Of a stretch of DNA of 64,000 nucleotides, positions 53,558 to 63,557 are shown in pieces. Source of the stretch: an uncultured delta proteobacterium (GTDB lineage Bacteria; Myxococcota; Myxococcia; SLRQ01); contig CAVSGM010000001.1 in NCBI GenBank assembly GCA_963727485.1, positions 1,188,213 through 1,252,212 on the forward strand, read 5' to 3'. The notes under the pieces were generated by a model that saw only the letters and a list, made by a program, of their open reading frames with translations, was not told where the DNA came from and did not search any database. Numbering within the stretch: position 1 is the first letter of the stretch; every line of letters begins with the position of its first letter. A program made the translations under genes and the position numbers.

Positions 53558-56500
53558 TGAGCCGGCCCGGGTCCTCCCGGGCCTCCTCGACCCACCCCTG
53601 GAGGTGGTGCCGGAGGAGGGCCTGGCCGAAGGCCCGGTCGAGGGGCAGGAGCTCGTAGACCCCGGTGGCACCCTTGAGCTCGAAGCCCCGGAACTGCACC
53701 TCGCCGGCCCGGCGGAAGACCAGGGCACCGGCCACCGCGTCGGCGATCCGGGCGGTCGCCGGGACGCTGATGACCAGGGACAGGACCTCGTCCCGGAAGA
53801 GGAAGCCGGCGGTCACCTCCGGCGCCAGGCTGGCGACCGGGACGGTGCGGGTGAAGTGGTGGTGGCTGGCGAGGGTCTCGCCGAGGAAGGCGTCGAGGGC
53901 CGCCTCGGAGAGGGCGACCCCGAGGTTGTGGATGTCGCTGAAGGCCTGGAGCACCGTGCCCCCGGCGCCCGACCCGCCGGCGAGGCGCCTCGAGGTCCTC
54001 GAAGGTGAGCTCGCCCAGGCGCCGGCTCACCGCCTCGGCGGCCTCGAGGTCCGTGTCCCGCAGCGCGCGCTCGAGGCCCGCCGAGAGGTCGTGGGGGAGC
54101 ACCAGGCCGTACGCCGACTCCACGTAGACGGCGAACGGCCAGGCGAGCTGTGGCGCCCCCCGGGCGGTTCGCGCCGCCTCGAGCTCGGCGTCGAGGCGGG
54201 CCTTGATCTGGGCGCTCCGGGCGGTGCCCCGGGCCGCCTCGTTGATCTTCTCGCTGATGGCCACCCGGAGGCTCCCGAAGACGTCGTCCTCGAGGGTGAT
54301 GACCTCGGCGCTGGCGCCGTAGGAGATGTAGGTCCCGGTCTCCAGGCCGAAGCCCGTCGCCGCCCGCCGGTGCTCCTCCACGCTGCGGCGGCGGGTGGCC
54401 CGGGCCTCCCGGAGTCGGGCCAGCTCCTCCTCCAGGGCCCGGACCCGGGCGGTCTCCTGGCGGCCGAGGAGCTCGGCGAGGCGGGCGTCGCGCTCGGCGG
54501 GATCGAGGCGCCCGAGGGCCTCGCGGGTCCGGCGCGCCTGCTCCCGGACCTCGAGCTCCCAGGCGTCGAGGCGCTCGAGGTACGCGCCGAGGGCCTCGGG
54601 GTCGTCCCCGGCCTCGAGGCGGGCCCGGGTCTCGCTCCGCCGCCGGACCAGCTCCTCGAAGCGCCCCTCGAAGACCCTCTCCAGGCGCTGCAGCTTCGCC
54701 GCCGGGTCCAGGGCCGAGAGCTCGTCCACCGCCGCCCGCGCCGCGTCCAGCTCGCCCCGGAGGGCCTCGAGGCGCGCGGCGGTCTCGGCCTCCGACGCCG
54801 CCAGGGCCACCTCCAGCTCCCCGAGGGTGGACTCGTCGGTGACGCTGGGGGCGGCGCGGCGCAGGCGGTCCTCGTAGGCGCGGCCCACCGCCTGGAGGTC
54901 CCGGGCCAGGGCCAGGAGGTCGGTGACCGAGCCGGCGAAGGCGGCGGCGTCGCCGAGGAGGTTGTGGAGCTCCACCGGCCGGTCGCTCGCGCCGCCGAAG
55001 GCCAGCGACGCGTCCCGGCGCCGGGCCGCGGCGAGGATGGGGCCGTAGAACTGCTCGCGCATGAAGTCCGCCATCACCACCTCCTTGGCCCGGTAGGTGC
55101 GGCGGGTGAAGCCCTTGAGGTCCACGAAGAGCTGCCCCTGGGTGGGGCGGCGCAGGGCCTTGAGGAGCGGCCGGCCGTCGGGGGCGAGGCGGTAGAGGCG
55201 CCCGGCCTCCCAGGCGGTGACCAGGGGCTCGGGATCGGCCCCCGGGATCCGCTCCGAGCGCAGGTGGCCGCGGGTCTCCTCGAGGCGCGCGGCGGCGAAG
55301 GCGTCGAAGGCGTAGGCGAGGTGGGCCACCGTCCCCTGGTGGGCGAGGGCCTCGGGCGGGGGGAGACCGGGGCAGGGGCGCGCGGCCGGGTCGCCGGCGC
55401 CGAAGGCGTCGAGGAGGCCCACCAGGTCCTCGACCACGCGATTGCCCGAGGGGTCGGAGCGGGGGCGGCCCATGCGGGTGAGGCGCCGGCGCAGGGCCTC
55501 CCGGGCCTTGGCCCCGCGGAGCAGGGCGTCGAGGTCGGCGTCCTTGCGGAGCACCGAGGCGAGCAGGCGCATCCAGTCGGTGCGCCCGTCGTCGAAGTGG
55601 GCGAGGAAGGCGAAGATCCGCTGGCGCGCCTCCCCGCGCAGGCCGGCGCGGGCGGCGGCCGCGAAGCCCTCGGGGCTCCGGTCCACCGCCTGGTGCATCC
55701 GCGCCTCGAGGCTCGCCGGGTTGCTGTCCCGCTGGAGCACCTCGCCGTAGACGGAGTCGAGGACCGGGAGCGCCTCCGGGGAGAGGGACCAGGGGTTGAG
55801 GTCGTTCTGGAGGGCCCGGCTCTTGATGGACACGTAGAGGATCGGCGAGAGGGCGCTGTCCACCCGCAGCCAGGTGCCGGTGAGGTCGAAGGGCAGGGCC
55901 CGGCGCCGGTAGGGGGCCAGCGCCGCGTGGCACGCCGCCTCCACCGCGGCGAAGCACGCGAGCCCCACCGCCTTCTCCAGCCGCTCCCAGGTCATCCCCC
56001 GGATGCTCACCGCCTTGGCGAGCTCCTTCTTCTGCTCCACCAGGTCCGCCAACGCCAGGACCATCAGGTAGGTGTAGGGGACCTCGCCGCGGGTGCCGAG
56101 CTCCGCCTCCAGGGCCCGGGTCACCAGGCCCTGCACCGCCGCCAGGAGCTTGGAGCCCGGTCCGCCCCGGGCGGTCCAGGTGTCGAGGAGGCCGCAGTCG
56201 AGGTAGGGGTCGAGGTGGGCCGCCCGCAGGGACACCCGAAGCTCGAGGCTCCCCGGGGGGTTGAACCTCGGGCTGTAGGTCTCGTCCCGCAGGGGGCGGC
56301 GGCTGTCGAGGGTGGACAGCTCCAGGCTCTCGGTGGGCGCGAATCGCCGGCGCAGCAGCTCCACCAGCTCCGCCATGGCCTGACCGGCGAGGCGGTCGGT
56401 GGCGTCGTCGAAGGCGTAGGGGATCTTGGCCTCGGCCAGGGACTCCCCGAGGCGGAAGGGCAGGCCGGCGAGGGGATCGAGCCAGAAGCGCAGGAGATCG

Positions 56501-56595
56501 TCGCCCCGGGCGCTCACGTGGGCGAAGAGGGCCCGGTGGTGGGCCAGCCGGTCCTCGATGGGGTTGCCGGCGACGCCACGGACGACCTCGGTCAC
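53532..56595 (-). CDS. approximately 1,020-aa protein with split class III nucleotide-cyclase-like domain and coiled-coil insertions; one extra base at about 53990
   Basis: LFVDLKGFT, HNLLGDA, ETGTYISYG, INEAARG, GVALSE, FRGFELKG..VYEL in canonical order; GTG start overlaps the upstream stop. Confidence 0.7.
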
Positions 56596-58148
56596 GGGCC
56601 GTCTCCGTGGGCGGCGCAGACCGCGACGATCCACAGGCGCTCGCCGCCGAAGCGCCGGGAGGCGTGGGCCAGGACCGCGAGGCCGAGGCGATCGCAGCCC
56701 GGGTCGAGGACCGCCGGGGCCCGCACCACCGCCTCGGGGCGGCCGGCGACCACCGCGGCGACGGAGACCCCGGTGACGCGGGGGTCGGCGGCGCGGAGCC
56801 GCCGGCGGAGGGCGGTGGTGGCCCGCGGGTCGTCGCCCCGGTCGCCGGTGGCGAGGTGGCGGGCGAGGGCGGTCGCGGCGTCGTCGAGGGCCGGATCGCG
56901 GACGGCGGCCTGGAGGTGGCGCGCCGCCCGGGCGTCGTCCACCGCGGTCTCGGCCCGGAAGGCGAGGCGGTCGGCGCGCAGCGCCCGGGCCCCGGCGGTG
57001 TCCACCACCGGGTGGCCGTGGAGGGGCCGGGCGAGGACCACCGCCAGCCAGGTCCGGCCGCCCTGGCGGTGGAGCGCCAGGCCGAAGCGGGTCGCCCGGG
57101 GGTCGAGGAGGGCGGCGCGGTGGGCGGGGCTGTCGAGGAGGCCCTGCCAGGCGGCCAGGGGCGTGGGGCCGGCGGCGAGGTCCTCCCCGGCCCAGGCGAA
57201 GGCGTAGCCGGTGGCGGCGAGGGCGTGGGGGAGGTCGGCGCCGGGGCGGGGGCGGTGCACCGGGCGGCCCACCCCGGCGCAGAGGCGGGCCCGGTGGCGG
57301 GCCACCCGGTCCAGGGCCGAGTCGGCGACCGGGGCCTCGAGGTGGTGCCGGCGGCGCAGGCGCCCGAGGGCGTCGGCGACGGCGGCGGCGGCGTCTCCCC
57401 GGGGGGGCGGGGCGACCGGCGCCGGGGCCAGGGGCGGCGGGACGCCGGCGGCGACGGGGGCGAGGAGGGCCGCCTCGGGGCCCATCCCGGCGTCGGCGAG
57501 GAGCTCCACCGTCCATCGGCCCGCCGTGGCCACCGGGAAGACGCAGCGGAAGCGCCGGCCCCGGAGCGACACCGGGACGGTGATCACCGTTCCGTCGGGG
57601 CGGGTGGCGAAGGCCCGGGGCCGGGTGACCCCGGCGGCGAGGATCCCGGCGACGACCAGGGGGCGGCCGGTGGCGAGGACCCGGGGGAAGGGCGCCGGGG
57701 TGGCGAGGCGCCGGGCCACCAGGAGGACCCCGACCGAGCCCCCGCGATCCGGGGTGACCGCGGCGCCGAGGACGGCGGAGCCCGGGGCGTCGCCGGCGGC
57801 GGCGCGGAGGCGGGCGAGGACGGCCGCGGGGCCGTGGCCCCGGGCCACCGTCGGCGAGACCTGGGCGTCGGCGGCGCCGGCCTGGTGGAGGAGGAAGGCC
57901 ACCTGCCGGGCGCGGATCGCCGGGTCGACGTGGGCGTCGGGGGCGCCGGAGAAGGCGAGGGCGAGGCGCCGGGCGGCGTCGCAGAGGGTCCCGTCGAGGG
58001 CCCGGGGCCAGGGGCCCGCCGGGCAGAGGCCCGCAGGGGGCCGGGGCCCGTAGACCGCCCGGGCGCCGGCGTGGGCGGGGGTGGCGGCGAGGAGGCAGCC
58101 ACCGGCGGCGAGGAGGCGGAGGACGCGGGCGGCGCGGCGGTCAGCCAT
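56592..58148 (-). CDS. exported CAP/SCP-domain protein
   Basis: Signal peptide (PAHA); AGEDLAAG, LLDSPAHRAALLDP..TRFGL; degenerate extra CAP-like repeats. Confidence 0.8.
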   Translation of the reverse strand: MADRRAARVLRLLAAGGCLLAATPAHAGARAVYGPRPPAGLCPAGPWPRALDGTLCDAARRLALAFSGAPDAHVDPAIRARQVAFLLHQAGAADAQVSPTVARGHGPAAVLARLRAAAGDAPGSAVLGAAVTPDRGGSVGVLLVARRLATPAPFPRVLATGRPLVVAGILAAGVTRPRAFATRPDGTVITVPVSLRGRRFRCVFPVATAGRWTVELLADAGMGPEAALLAPVAAGVPPPLAPAPVAPPPRGDAAAAVADALGRLRRRHHLEAPVADSALDRVARHRARLCAGVGRPVHRPRPGADLPHALAATGYAFAWAGEDLAAGPTPLAAWQGLLDSPAHRAALLDPRATRFGLALHRQGGRTWLAVVLARPLHGHPVVDTAGARALRADRLAFRAETAVDDARAARHLQAAVRDPALDDAATALARHLATGDRGDDPRATTALRRRLRAADPRVTGVSVAAVVAGRPEAVVRAPAVLDPGCDRLGLAVLAHASRRFGGERLWIVAVCAAHGDGP

Positions 58149-58863
58149 GTCTCTTCGGGGGGGTGGTCTGGACGCCCGCGGCGTGGAGGGCCTCGGCGAG
58201 GGCCTTCGGATCGAAGCCCACGATGAGGTGACCATGCACGTCCAGGACGGGAACCCCCCCGAATCGGATTCCGGCTGCCTTCAGCTTGGCCTTCATGTTG
58301 GCCGCCGCCTTGGGGTCGGCCTCGATGTCCTTGTCGGCGAAGGCCACGTGGCGGGCCTCGAGCCACGCCCGGGCCAGCTTGCAGAAGTGGCACCAGGAGG
58401 TGCCGTAGATGACCACGTCGTGGTCGTTGGCCAGTAGCGCCTTGCCGTCGGGCGCCGCGGCGCCGGCGCCGAGGTGGGCGAGGTCGACGCGGCTGTAGCT
58501 GGGCTTCGACCCGGAGACGTCGGCGACGGTGACCTGGTCGGCGAGGGCGTCGGCGGCGTCGCCGTGGAGCCGCGAGACCACCACCCGGCCCCGGAACGGC
58601 GGCGGGATGTCGCCGATGCGGGTGGCGGTGTGGGGCAGGCCGCGGCCGTCGTACCAGGTGTAGACGGTGTCGCCGCCCGCGGCGGGGGCGTGGGGGGCCG
58701 CGGCGGCGGGGGTCGGGGCCCCGGCGGCGGGTGCGGCGCCGGCGGCGCGCGCGATGCGGGCGGCGCGCGCGACGCGGGTCCCGGCGCCCCGGCGGTCGCC
58801 GTGGCAGCCGGCGGCGAGGCCCAAGGCGACGAGGAGGATCACGATGAGGGTGGGGCGGCGCAT
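58141..58863 (-). CDS. lipoprotein with C-terminal glutaredoxin/NrdH-like domain
   Basis: Lipobox LAAGC; YTWYDGRG..H...IP (DUF4124-like); YGTSWCHFC, GVPVLDV, GFDP. Confidence 0.85.
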   Translation of the reverse strand: MRRPTLIVILLVALGLAAGCHGDRRGAGTRVARAARIARAAGAAPAAGAPTPAAAAPHAPAAGGDTVYTWYDGRGLPHTATRIGDIPPPFRGRVVVSRLHGDAADALADQVTVADVSGSKPSYSRVDLAHLGAGAAAPDGKALLANDHDVVIYGTSWCHFCKLARAWLEARHVAFADKDIEADPKAAANMKAKLKAAGIRFGGVPVLDVHGHLIVGFDPKALAEALHAAGVQTTPPKRHG

Positions 58864-58922
58864 CGGCGGGGCTCCGGACCCCCAATGGTAGCACGGCCCC
58901 GGCGACCGCCGCCCCCGCGCGG

Positions 58923-59630
58923 TCAGGTGTTGGTGAGCACCCGATCCGGGGGCACGCCCCGGGACCGGAGCACCGCCGCCACGTCCCGGACCATCCCCGG
59001 GTGGCCGCAGAGGAGGGCGACCGCCTCGTCGAGGTCCGGGGCCAGGGCGTCGAGGGCGTCCTGGACGTGGCCGGTGGGCCCGGGCCACCGGGTCCCGGCG
59101 CCCGGGCGGGAGACGACGCGCACCACCTCGATGGCCCGGCGCTCCCAGGTGGGGAGCTCGTCGAGGTAGGCGAAGCCGTCGGGGGTCCGGGCGCCGAAGA
59201 AGAGGACCACCCGGCCGAAGCGGTCCCGGTGGCGCACGAGGTGGTGGACCACCGGGCGGATGCCGCTGATCCCCGAGCCGGTGGCGAAGAGGAGGACGTC
59301 CCGGCCCCGGAAGCCGTCGACGTCGAAGCCCCGGCCCCGGGGGGCGCTCACCTCGAGCTCGGTCCCCCGCCCGGCGTCGGCGAGGGCGTCGGCGAGGGGG
59401 CTGCCCCGCTTGACCAGCAGCTCCAGGGCGGTGTCCTCCGGGGACGGCGCCGAGGCGATGGCGAACGGCGCGCTCCCCAGCCCCGGGAGCCGGGCCTCGA
59501 GGAACTGCCCGGGGCGGGTGTGGCCCTCGAGGACCTCGGCGGCGTCCACGTCGAGGACCAGCTCCACCAGGTCGCCGGAGACGGCGTGGGTCGCCCGGAC
59601 CCGGGCCCGGTGGAACTGCGGGGCGTCCAT
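58923..59630 (-). CDS. FAD/NAD(P)H-binding oxidoreductase (ferredoxin-reductase-like)
   Basis: PGQFL, FAIAS, ATGSGISG, FFGAR, GHVQ, LCGHPGM. Confidence 0.9.
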   Translation of the reverse strand: MDAPQFHRARVRATHAVSGDLVELVLDVDAAEVLEGHTRPGQFLEARLPGLGSAPFAIASAPSPEDTALELLVKRGSPLADALADAGRGTELEVSAPRGRGFDVDGFRGRDVLLFATGSGISGIRPVVHHLVRHRDRFGRVVLFFGARTPDGFAYLDELPTWERRAIEVVRVVSRPGAGTRWPGPTGHVQDALDALAPDLDEAVALLCGHPGMVRDVAAVLRSRGVPPDRVLTNT

Positions 59631-59703
59631 GTCGTGTGCTAGCGTGCTGCGGCGGGTGCCCATGACCAATCGGGAAGCGGGAGCGACGGTGCCCCGGCAA
59701 GCA

Positions 59704-60279
59704 ATGCCACGAAACCGGGGGTGGTGGCGAGGGGGCGTGGTCCTCCTGGCCTGCATGGTGGGCCTGCCCGCGGCAGCGTCCACCGTCCTCGGCCTCTCCA
59801 TCGAGGCGTTGGCCCGGCACTCGGACCGGGTGGTCCTGGCGGAGGTGATCTCGGTGGAGACGCGGCGCGATCCCGCCGGCCCCGGGCGCCACACCTTCGT
59901 CACCCTCGGGGTCGAGCGGACCCTCCTCGGCCGGGGCCCGGACCGGGTGGTGGTGCGCCAGCTCGGGGGGCGGGTGGGGCACCGGGTCTCCCGGGTGCTC
60001 GGGGACGCCCGGTTCCGCCCCAGCGAGGAGGTCGTGGTCTTCCTCCGCCGGGACCCGGACGACCCGGCCCTCTGGCACCTCGCGGCGCTGGCCGAGTCGA
60101 AGTTCACGGTGGTCCGCGACGGGGGCTCGGCGACGGCGGTCCGGGACCTCTCGGAGCTCTCGGTGGTGGGCCCCGATGGCGGTCCGGCGGCCATCCCCCG
60201 GCGCCTGTCCCTGGCCGCCCTCGAGGCGGCGGTGGCGCGGGCCCGCGGTGCGGGTTCCGGGCGCCCCGCGGTGCCCTGA
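59704..60279 (+). CDS. exported hypothetical protein (OB-fold/propeptide-like)
   Basis: Signal peptide; STVLGLSIEALARHSDRVV, RQLGGRVG, ARF..SEEVVVFL; start uncertain (59662 or 59704). Confidence 0.75.
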   Translation: MPRNRGWWRGGVVLLACMVGLPAAASTVLGLSIEALARHSDRVVLAEVISVETRRDPAGPGRHTFVTLGVERTLLGRGPDRVVVRQLGGRVGHRVSRVLGDARFRPSEEVVVFLRRDPDDPALWHLAALAESKFTVVRDGGSATAVRDLSELSVVGPDGGPAAIPRRLSLAALEAAVARARGAGSGRPAVP

Positions 60280-60297
60280 CCGGCGCCGCGCCGCGCC

Positions 60298-60327
60298 TTG
60301 ACGGTTGCCGCTTGCGGCCCGTAGGCT
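60298..60327 (+). promoter_or_regulatory. putative sigma70 promoter
   Basis: TTGACG-N18-TAGGCT. Confidence 0.5.
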
Positions 60328-60366
60328 CGACCGGTTTCCCCCACCCCGTCCCGGAGCTGGATTCCC

Positions 60367-61011
60367 ATGGCTTTTCCCACGACCCGCCTGCGAGGCGCCG
60401 CCCTGGTGCTGGCCGTCGTCCTCGCCGCCGCGCCCCTCTCGGCCCGGGCCTCGTCCCACGCCACGGCGCTGGTCGACCTCTTGTCCCTGATCCACCATGA
60501 CCCGACCCCGGCGGAGCTCTCCGCCTTCGGGCCAGACCTCGAGGCCAGGCTCATCGCCATCGCCGAGGATCCCGCGGTGCGGAGCCTCGCCCGGGTGCGG
60601 GCGGTGGCCTGCGCGGCCCGGTACGGGGACGCCGCCGCCTTCCAGCTCGCCGCCGACCTCGCCGCCTCGACCGCGGCGCCCCGGCGCCTCCGCCTCGCGG
60701 GGGTGTGGAGCCTCCAGCACCACTTCGTCGCCCGGCCGGCCACCGTCGGCGTCCTCGCCAGGGTCCTGGTGGACCGGGACCCGGGGCTCCGGGCCGCGGC
60801 GGTGCGGGCCCTCTCGGCGGTGGGCACCCCCAAGGCCCAGGCCCTCCTCGACCAGCACCGGATCGCCGAGCGCAACTCGGTGGTGCGCCTGGCCCTCCGG
60901 CGGGCCCTGGCCCGGCGGCTGCCCGCCGGCGCCACCCTGCCCCGGGACGGACGGGTGCGGCGGCCGGTGCTCCAGATGAGCCCGCAGGCCCGGCCTGGAG
61001 GTGTCCGATGA
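60367..61011 (+). CDS. exported HEAT-repeat protein
   Basis: Signal peptide; LVDRDPGLRAAAVRALSAVG. Confidence 0.78.
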   Translation: MAFPTTRLRGAALVLAVVLAAAPLSARASSHATALVDLLSLIHHDPTPAELSAFGPDLEARLIAIAEDPAVRSLARVRAVACAARYGDAAAFQLAADLAASTAAPRRLRLAGVWSLQHHFVARPATVGVLARVLVDRDPGLRAAAVRALSAVGTPKAQALLDQHRIAERNSVVRLALRRALARRLPAGATLPRDGRVRRPVLQMSPQARPGGVR

Positions 61012-63011
61012 AGGCGCTGCGCCTGACCCTCGCCCTCGGGGCCCTGGCCCTGGTGAGCGCCGGCTGCTTCGGCACCAACGACGCCAAGAGCCAGCCCGGC
61101 AGCATCGGCGACGCCTGCACCGTGGGCACCGACTGCCAGAGCGGCTTCGCCTGCGACAAGGCGCTGCCCGGTGGCTACTGCGTCGCCCAGTGTGCCGGCG
61201 GCTGCCCCCAGGACAGCCAGTGTGCCACCGTCGGCGGCCAGCAGCTCTGCCTGCTCTCCTGCCAGGACGACACCGGCTGCCGCCAGGGCTACGCCTGCAA
61301 GGGCGGGGTGTGCATGCCGCCCTGCAGCTCCGACAGCGACTGCACCACCGGCGAGTCGTGCCAGGGCGGGGTGTGCACCGCCAACGGCATCGGCGCCACC
61401 TGCACCGCGCCCTCGGACTGCAGCTCGGGGCTCTGCGCCAAGAGCCTCCCCGGCGGCTACTGCACCCAGAGCTGCGACAACGGCAAGACCTGCCCCACCG
61501 GCACCCAGTGCGTGACCTACGGCGGCAAGAGCTACTGCTTCGATGGCTGCGCCAAGAACGCCGACTGCCGCACCGGCTACGTGTGCAGCAACGGGGTGTG
61601 CGACGCGGCGTGCAGCGGCGACGCCGACTGCGGCGGTGGCGAGGTCTGCCAGAACCAGGCCTGCGTCGGCGCCGGCGTCGGCGAGACCTGCGCCAGCGGC
61701 AGCGACTGTCCCTCGGGGCTCACCTGCGACACCTCGGTGAGCGGGGGCTACTGCACCCAGACCTGCACCGCCGCCGCCGACTGCCCGGTGGGCGCCATCT
61801 GCGGGGTCATGAAGGGCACCCGCACCTGCCTGGCCGACTGCCGGACCAGCGCCGACTGCGCCAGCGGCCAGTCGTGCATCCTCGGGGTGTGCAACGTCCC
61901 CTGCGGGAGCGACAGCGACTGCGGCTCGGGGATGTACTGCGACACCACCAGCGGCCAGTGCCACCAGAAGGCGGTGGGCGGCGGGGGCGTGACCACCGTC
62001 GATCTGGGCACCGTGCCCCTGGGCACGCCCACGTCCTTCCAGGTGGACAGCAAGACCTTTGGCGTGGAGATCGTCGCCGTCGGCGACCAGGGCGCCAACT
62101 ACGAGATCTCCTCGGTCACCAACCCCAGCGGCACCGAGCTGGTGAACCAGTCGAACCCCTACGGTGGGCCGCTGCGGGTGGTGCCCGACACCGAGGTCGC
62201 CACCGCCCAGATCCCCAACAGCGACAGCTCGGCGGTGGCGCTCACCCCCGGCGTCTGGCACTTCCAGGTGATCACCGATAGCGGCTCGGCGCCCCACGTG
62301 ACCATCCTCATGCGCACCTCGCCCACTGGTGCCGAGGTGGGCGGCACCGTGCCCCTGAACGTCTTCCTGGCCCCGAACGCCTACCCGGGGACCACCGCCG
62401 CCAACGCCGCCAGCGACCAGTCCCTCCAGGCGATCCTCGGCCGCTGGGACGTGTTCTACAGCAACCAGTACGGCAACCCCGCCGACATCCCGCTGGGCAC
62501 GATCCACTACTACGACATCTCCAGCCAGTACTCGGACATCACCACCACCCCCCAGTACGAGTCGATGTTCGCCCAGTACGGGCGCGGCGACGGGCTGAAC
62601 CTCTTCTTCGTCCGGAGCCTCTCCATCGGCGGGCAGTCGGCGGTGGCGGGCGTCGCCGGGGGGATCCCCGGGCCGGCGCGGATCTCCGGGACCCTCCACT
62701 CGGGGGTGGTCATCGAGGTGCAGCCGAGCCAGAGCGGCTCGGGGATCGACACCCGGATCACCGGCGACGACATGTCCCACGAGTGCGGGCACTTCCAGGG
62801 GCTCTTCCACACCACCGAGCTCGACGCGGCCCACACCCAGGACCTCATCAGCGACACCCCCGAGTGCACCAACATGCCCACCCAGAACAGCATGGGCAGC
62901 TGCTCCCAGGACGCCTACAAGAACCTCATGTTCCCCATGCTCACCGGGGAGCAGAGCATCCTGACCGCGGGGCAGGCCAAGGTCGTCCAGGCCAACCCGG
63001 GGATCCACTGA
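61008..63011 (+). CDS. Cys-rich repeat lipoprotein with C-terminal metzincin metallopeptidase
   Basis: Lipobox SAGC; three Cys-rich modules; HECGHFQGLFH (HExxHxxGxxH) and NLMFP Met-turn. Confidence 0.88.
   Translation: MKALRLTLALGALALVSAGCFGTNDAKSQPGSIGDACTVGTDCQSGFACDKALPGGYCVAQCAGGCPQDSQCATVGGQQLCLLSCQDDTGCRQGYACKGGVCMPPCSSDSDCTTGESCQGGVCTANGIGATCTAPSDCSSGLCAKSLPGGYCTQSCDNGKTCPTGTQCVTYGGKSYCFDGCAKNADCRTGYVCSNGVCDAACSGDADCGGGEVCQNQACVGAGVGETCASGSDCPSGLTCDTSVSGGYCTQTCTAAADCPVGAICGVMKGTRTCLADCRTSADCASGQSCILGVCNVPCGSDSDCGSGMYCDTTSGQCHQKAVGGGGVTTVDLGTVPLGTPTSFQVDSKTFGVEIVAVGDQGANYEISSVTNPSGTELVNQSNPYGGPLRVVPDTEVATAQIPNSDSSAVALTPGVWHFQVITDSGSAPHVTILMRTSPTGAEVGGTVPLNVFLAPNAYPGTTAANAASDQSLQAILGRWDVFYSNQYGNPADIPLGTIHYYDISSQYSDITTTPQYESMFAQYGRGDGLNLFFVRSLSIGGQSAVAGVAGGIPGPARISGTLHSGVVIEVQPSQSGSGIDTRITGDDMSHECGHFQGLFHTTELDAAHTQDLISDTPECTNMPTQNSMGSCSQDAYKNLMFPMLTGEQSILTAGQAKVVQANPGIH
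61105..61965 (+). repeat. three tandem Cys-rich modules of about 95 aa
   Basis: G..C....DC.SG..C....(P/S)GGYC...C at about 61105, 61390 and 61678. Confidence 0.85.
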
Positions 63012-63036
63012 CCCGGGTCCCCGGGCGTCCCTCGCC

Positions 63037-63477
63037 ATGCCGACCCTCTCCCCCTACCTCGCCGGGTGGGTCGGGCTCCTGCTCTTCGCCGCGGTGATGC
63101 CCGGCCTGTGGCGGGGCGTCTTCGGCGCCCTCGCCGCCCTGGGCTGGGGCTCGGTCGGGGACCCGCGGCCCCGGGCGCTCCTCGCCGACGGGCTGTTCTC
63201 GGTGATCCTGGGGCTGGTGGTCTTCGGGGTCTACCTGGTCTTCTTCCGGGTGAACCCGAGCCTGCTGCTGGTGCTGGCGGCGCCGGCGCTCTCGGTGGCC
63301 GGCGGGGCGGTGTGCCTGGCGGCCGCGGTGCGCCGGTGGGGGGAGCGGGCGCGGCGGCCGCCGGAGCCCGAGGCCGACGCGACGCCGCCGGAGCCGGCAA
63401 GGGGGGATGACCCGGACGACGATCCGCCGCCGAGAAGCGGTGAGGATCTGCCGTCGAACCGCGCGCGGAGGCCGTGA
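63037..63477 (+). CDS. small integral membrane protein
   Basis: Three to four hydrophobic segments and an acidic Pro-rich tail. Confidence 0.7.
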   Translation: MPTLSPYLAGWVGLLLFAAVMPGLWRGVFGALAALGWGSVGDPRPRALLADGLFSVILGLVVFGVYLVFFRVNPSLLLVLAAPALSVAGGAVCLAAAVRRWGERARRPPEPEADATPPEPARGDDPDDDPPPRSGEDLPSNRARRP

Positions 63478-63557
63478 GCGAGAGGGGCGTCAATTTGTAC
63501 CTCGCGACGGGGCGGCCGAAGCACGGTGAGAAACCGGCCTTTGGGCACATCAAGGGG

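Noticed and set aside
53532..53954. Separate 140-aa gene downstream of the large hypothetical protein
   Set aside because: It carries the terminal cyclase motifs and joins the upstream frame on removal of one base near 53990.
59695..59709. TGGCAT...TTGC on the minus strand upstream of the FNR-like gene as a sigma54 promoter
   Set aside because: Spacer is 3 nt rather than the required 5.
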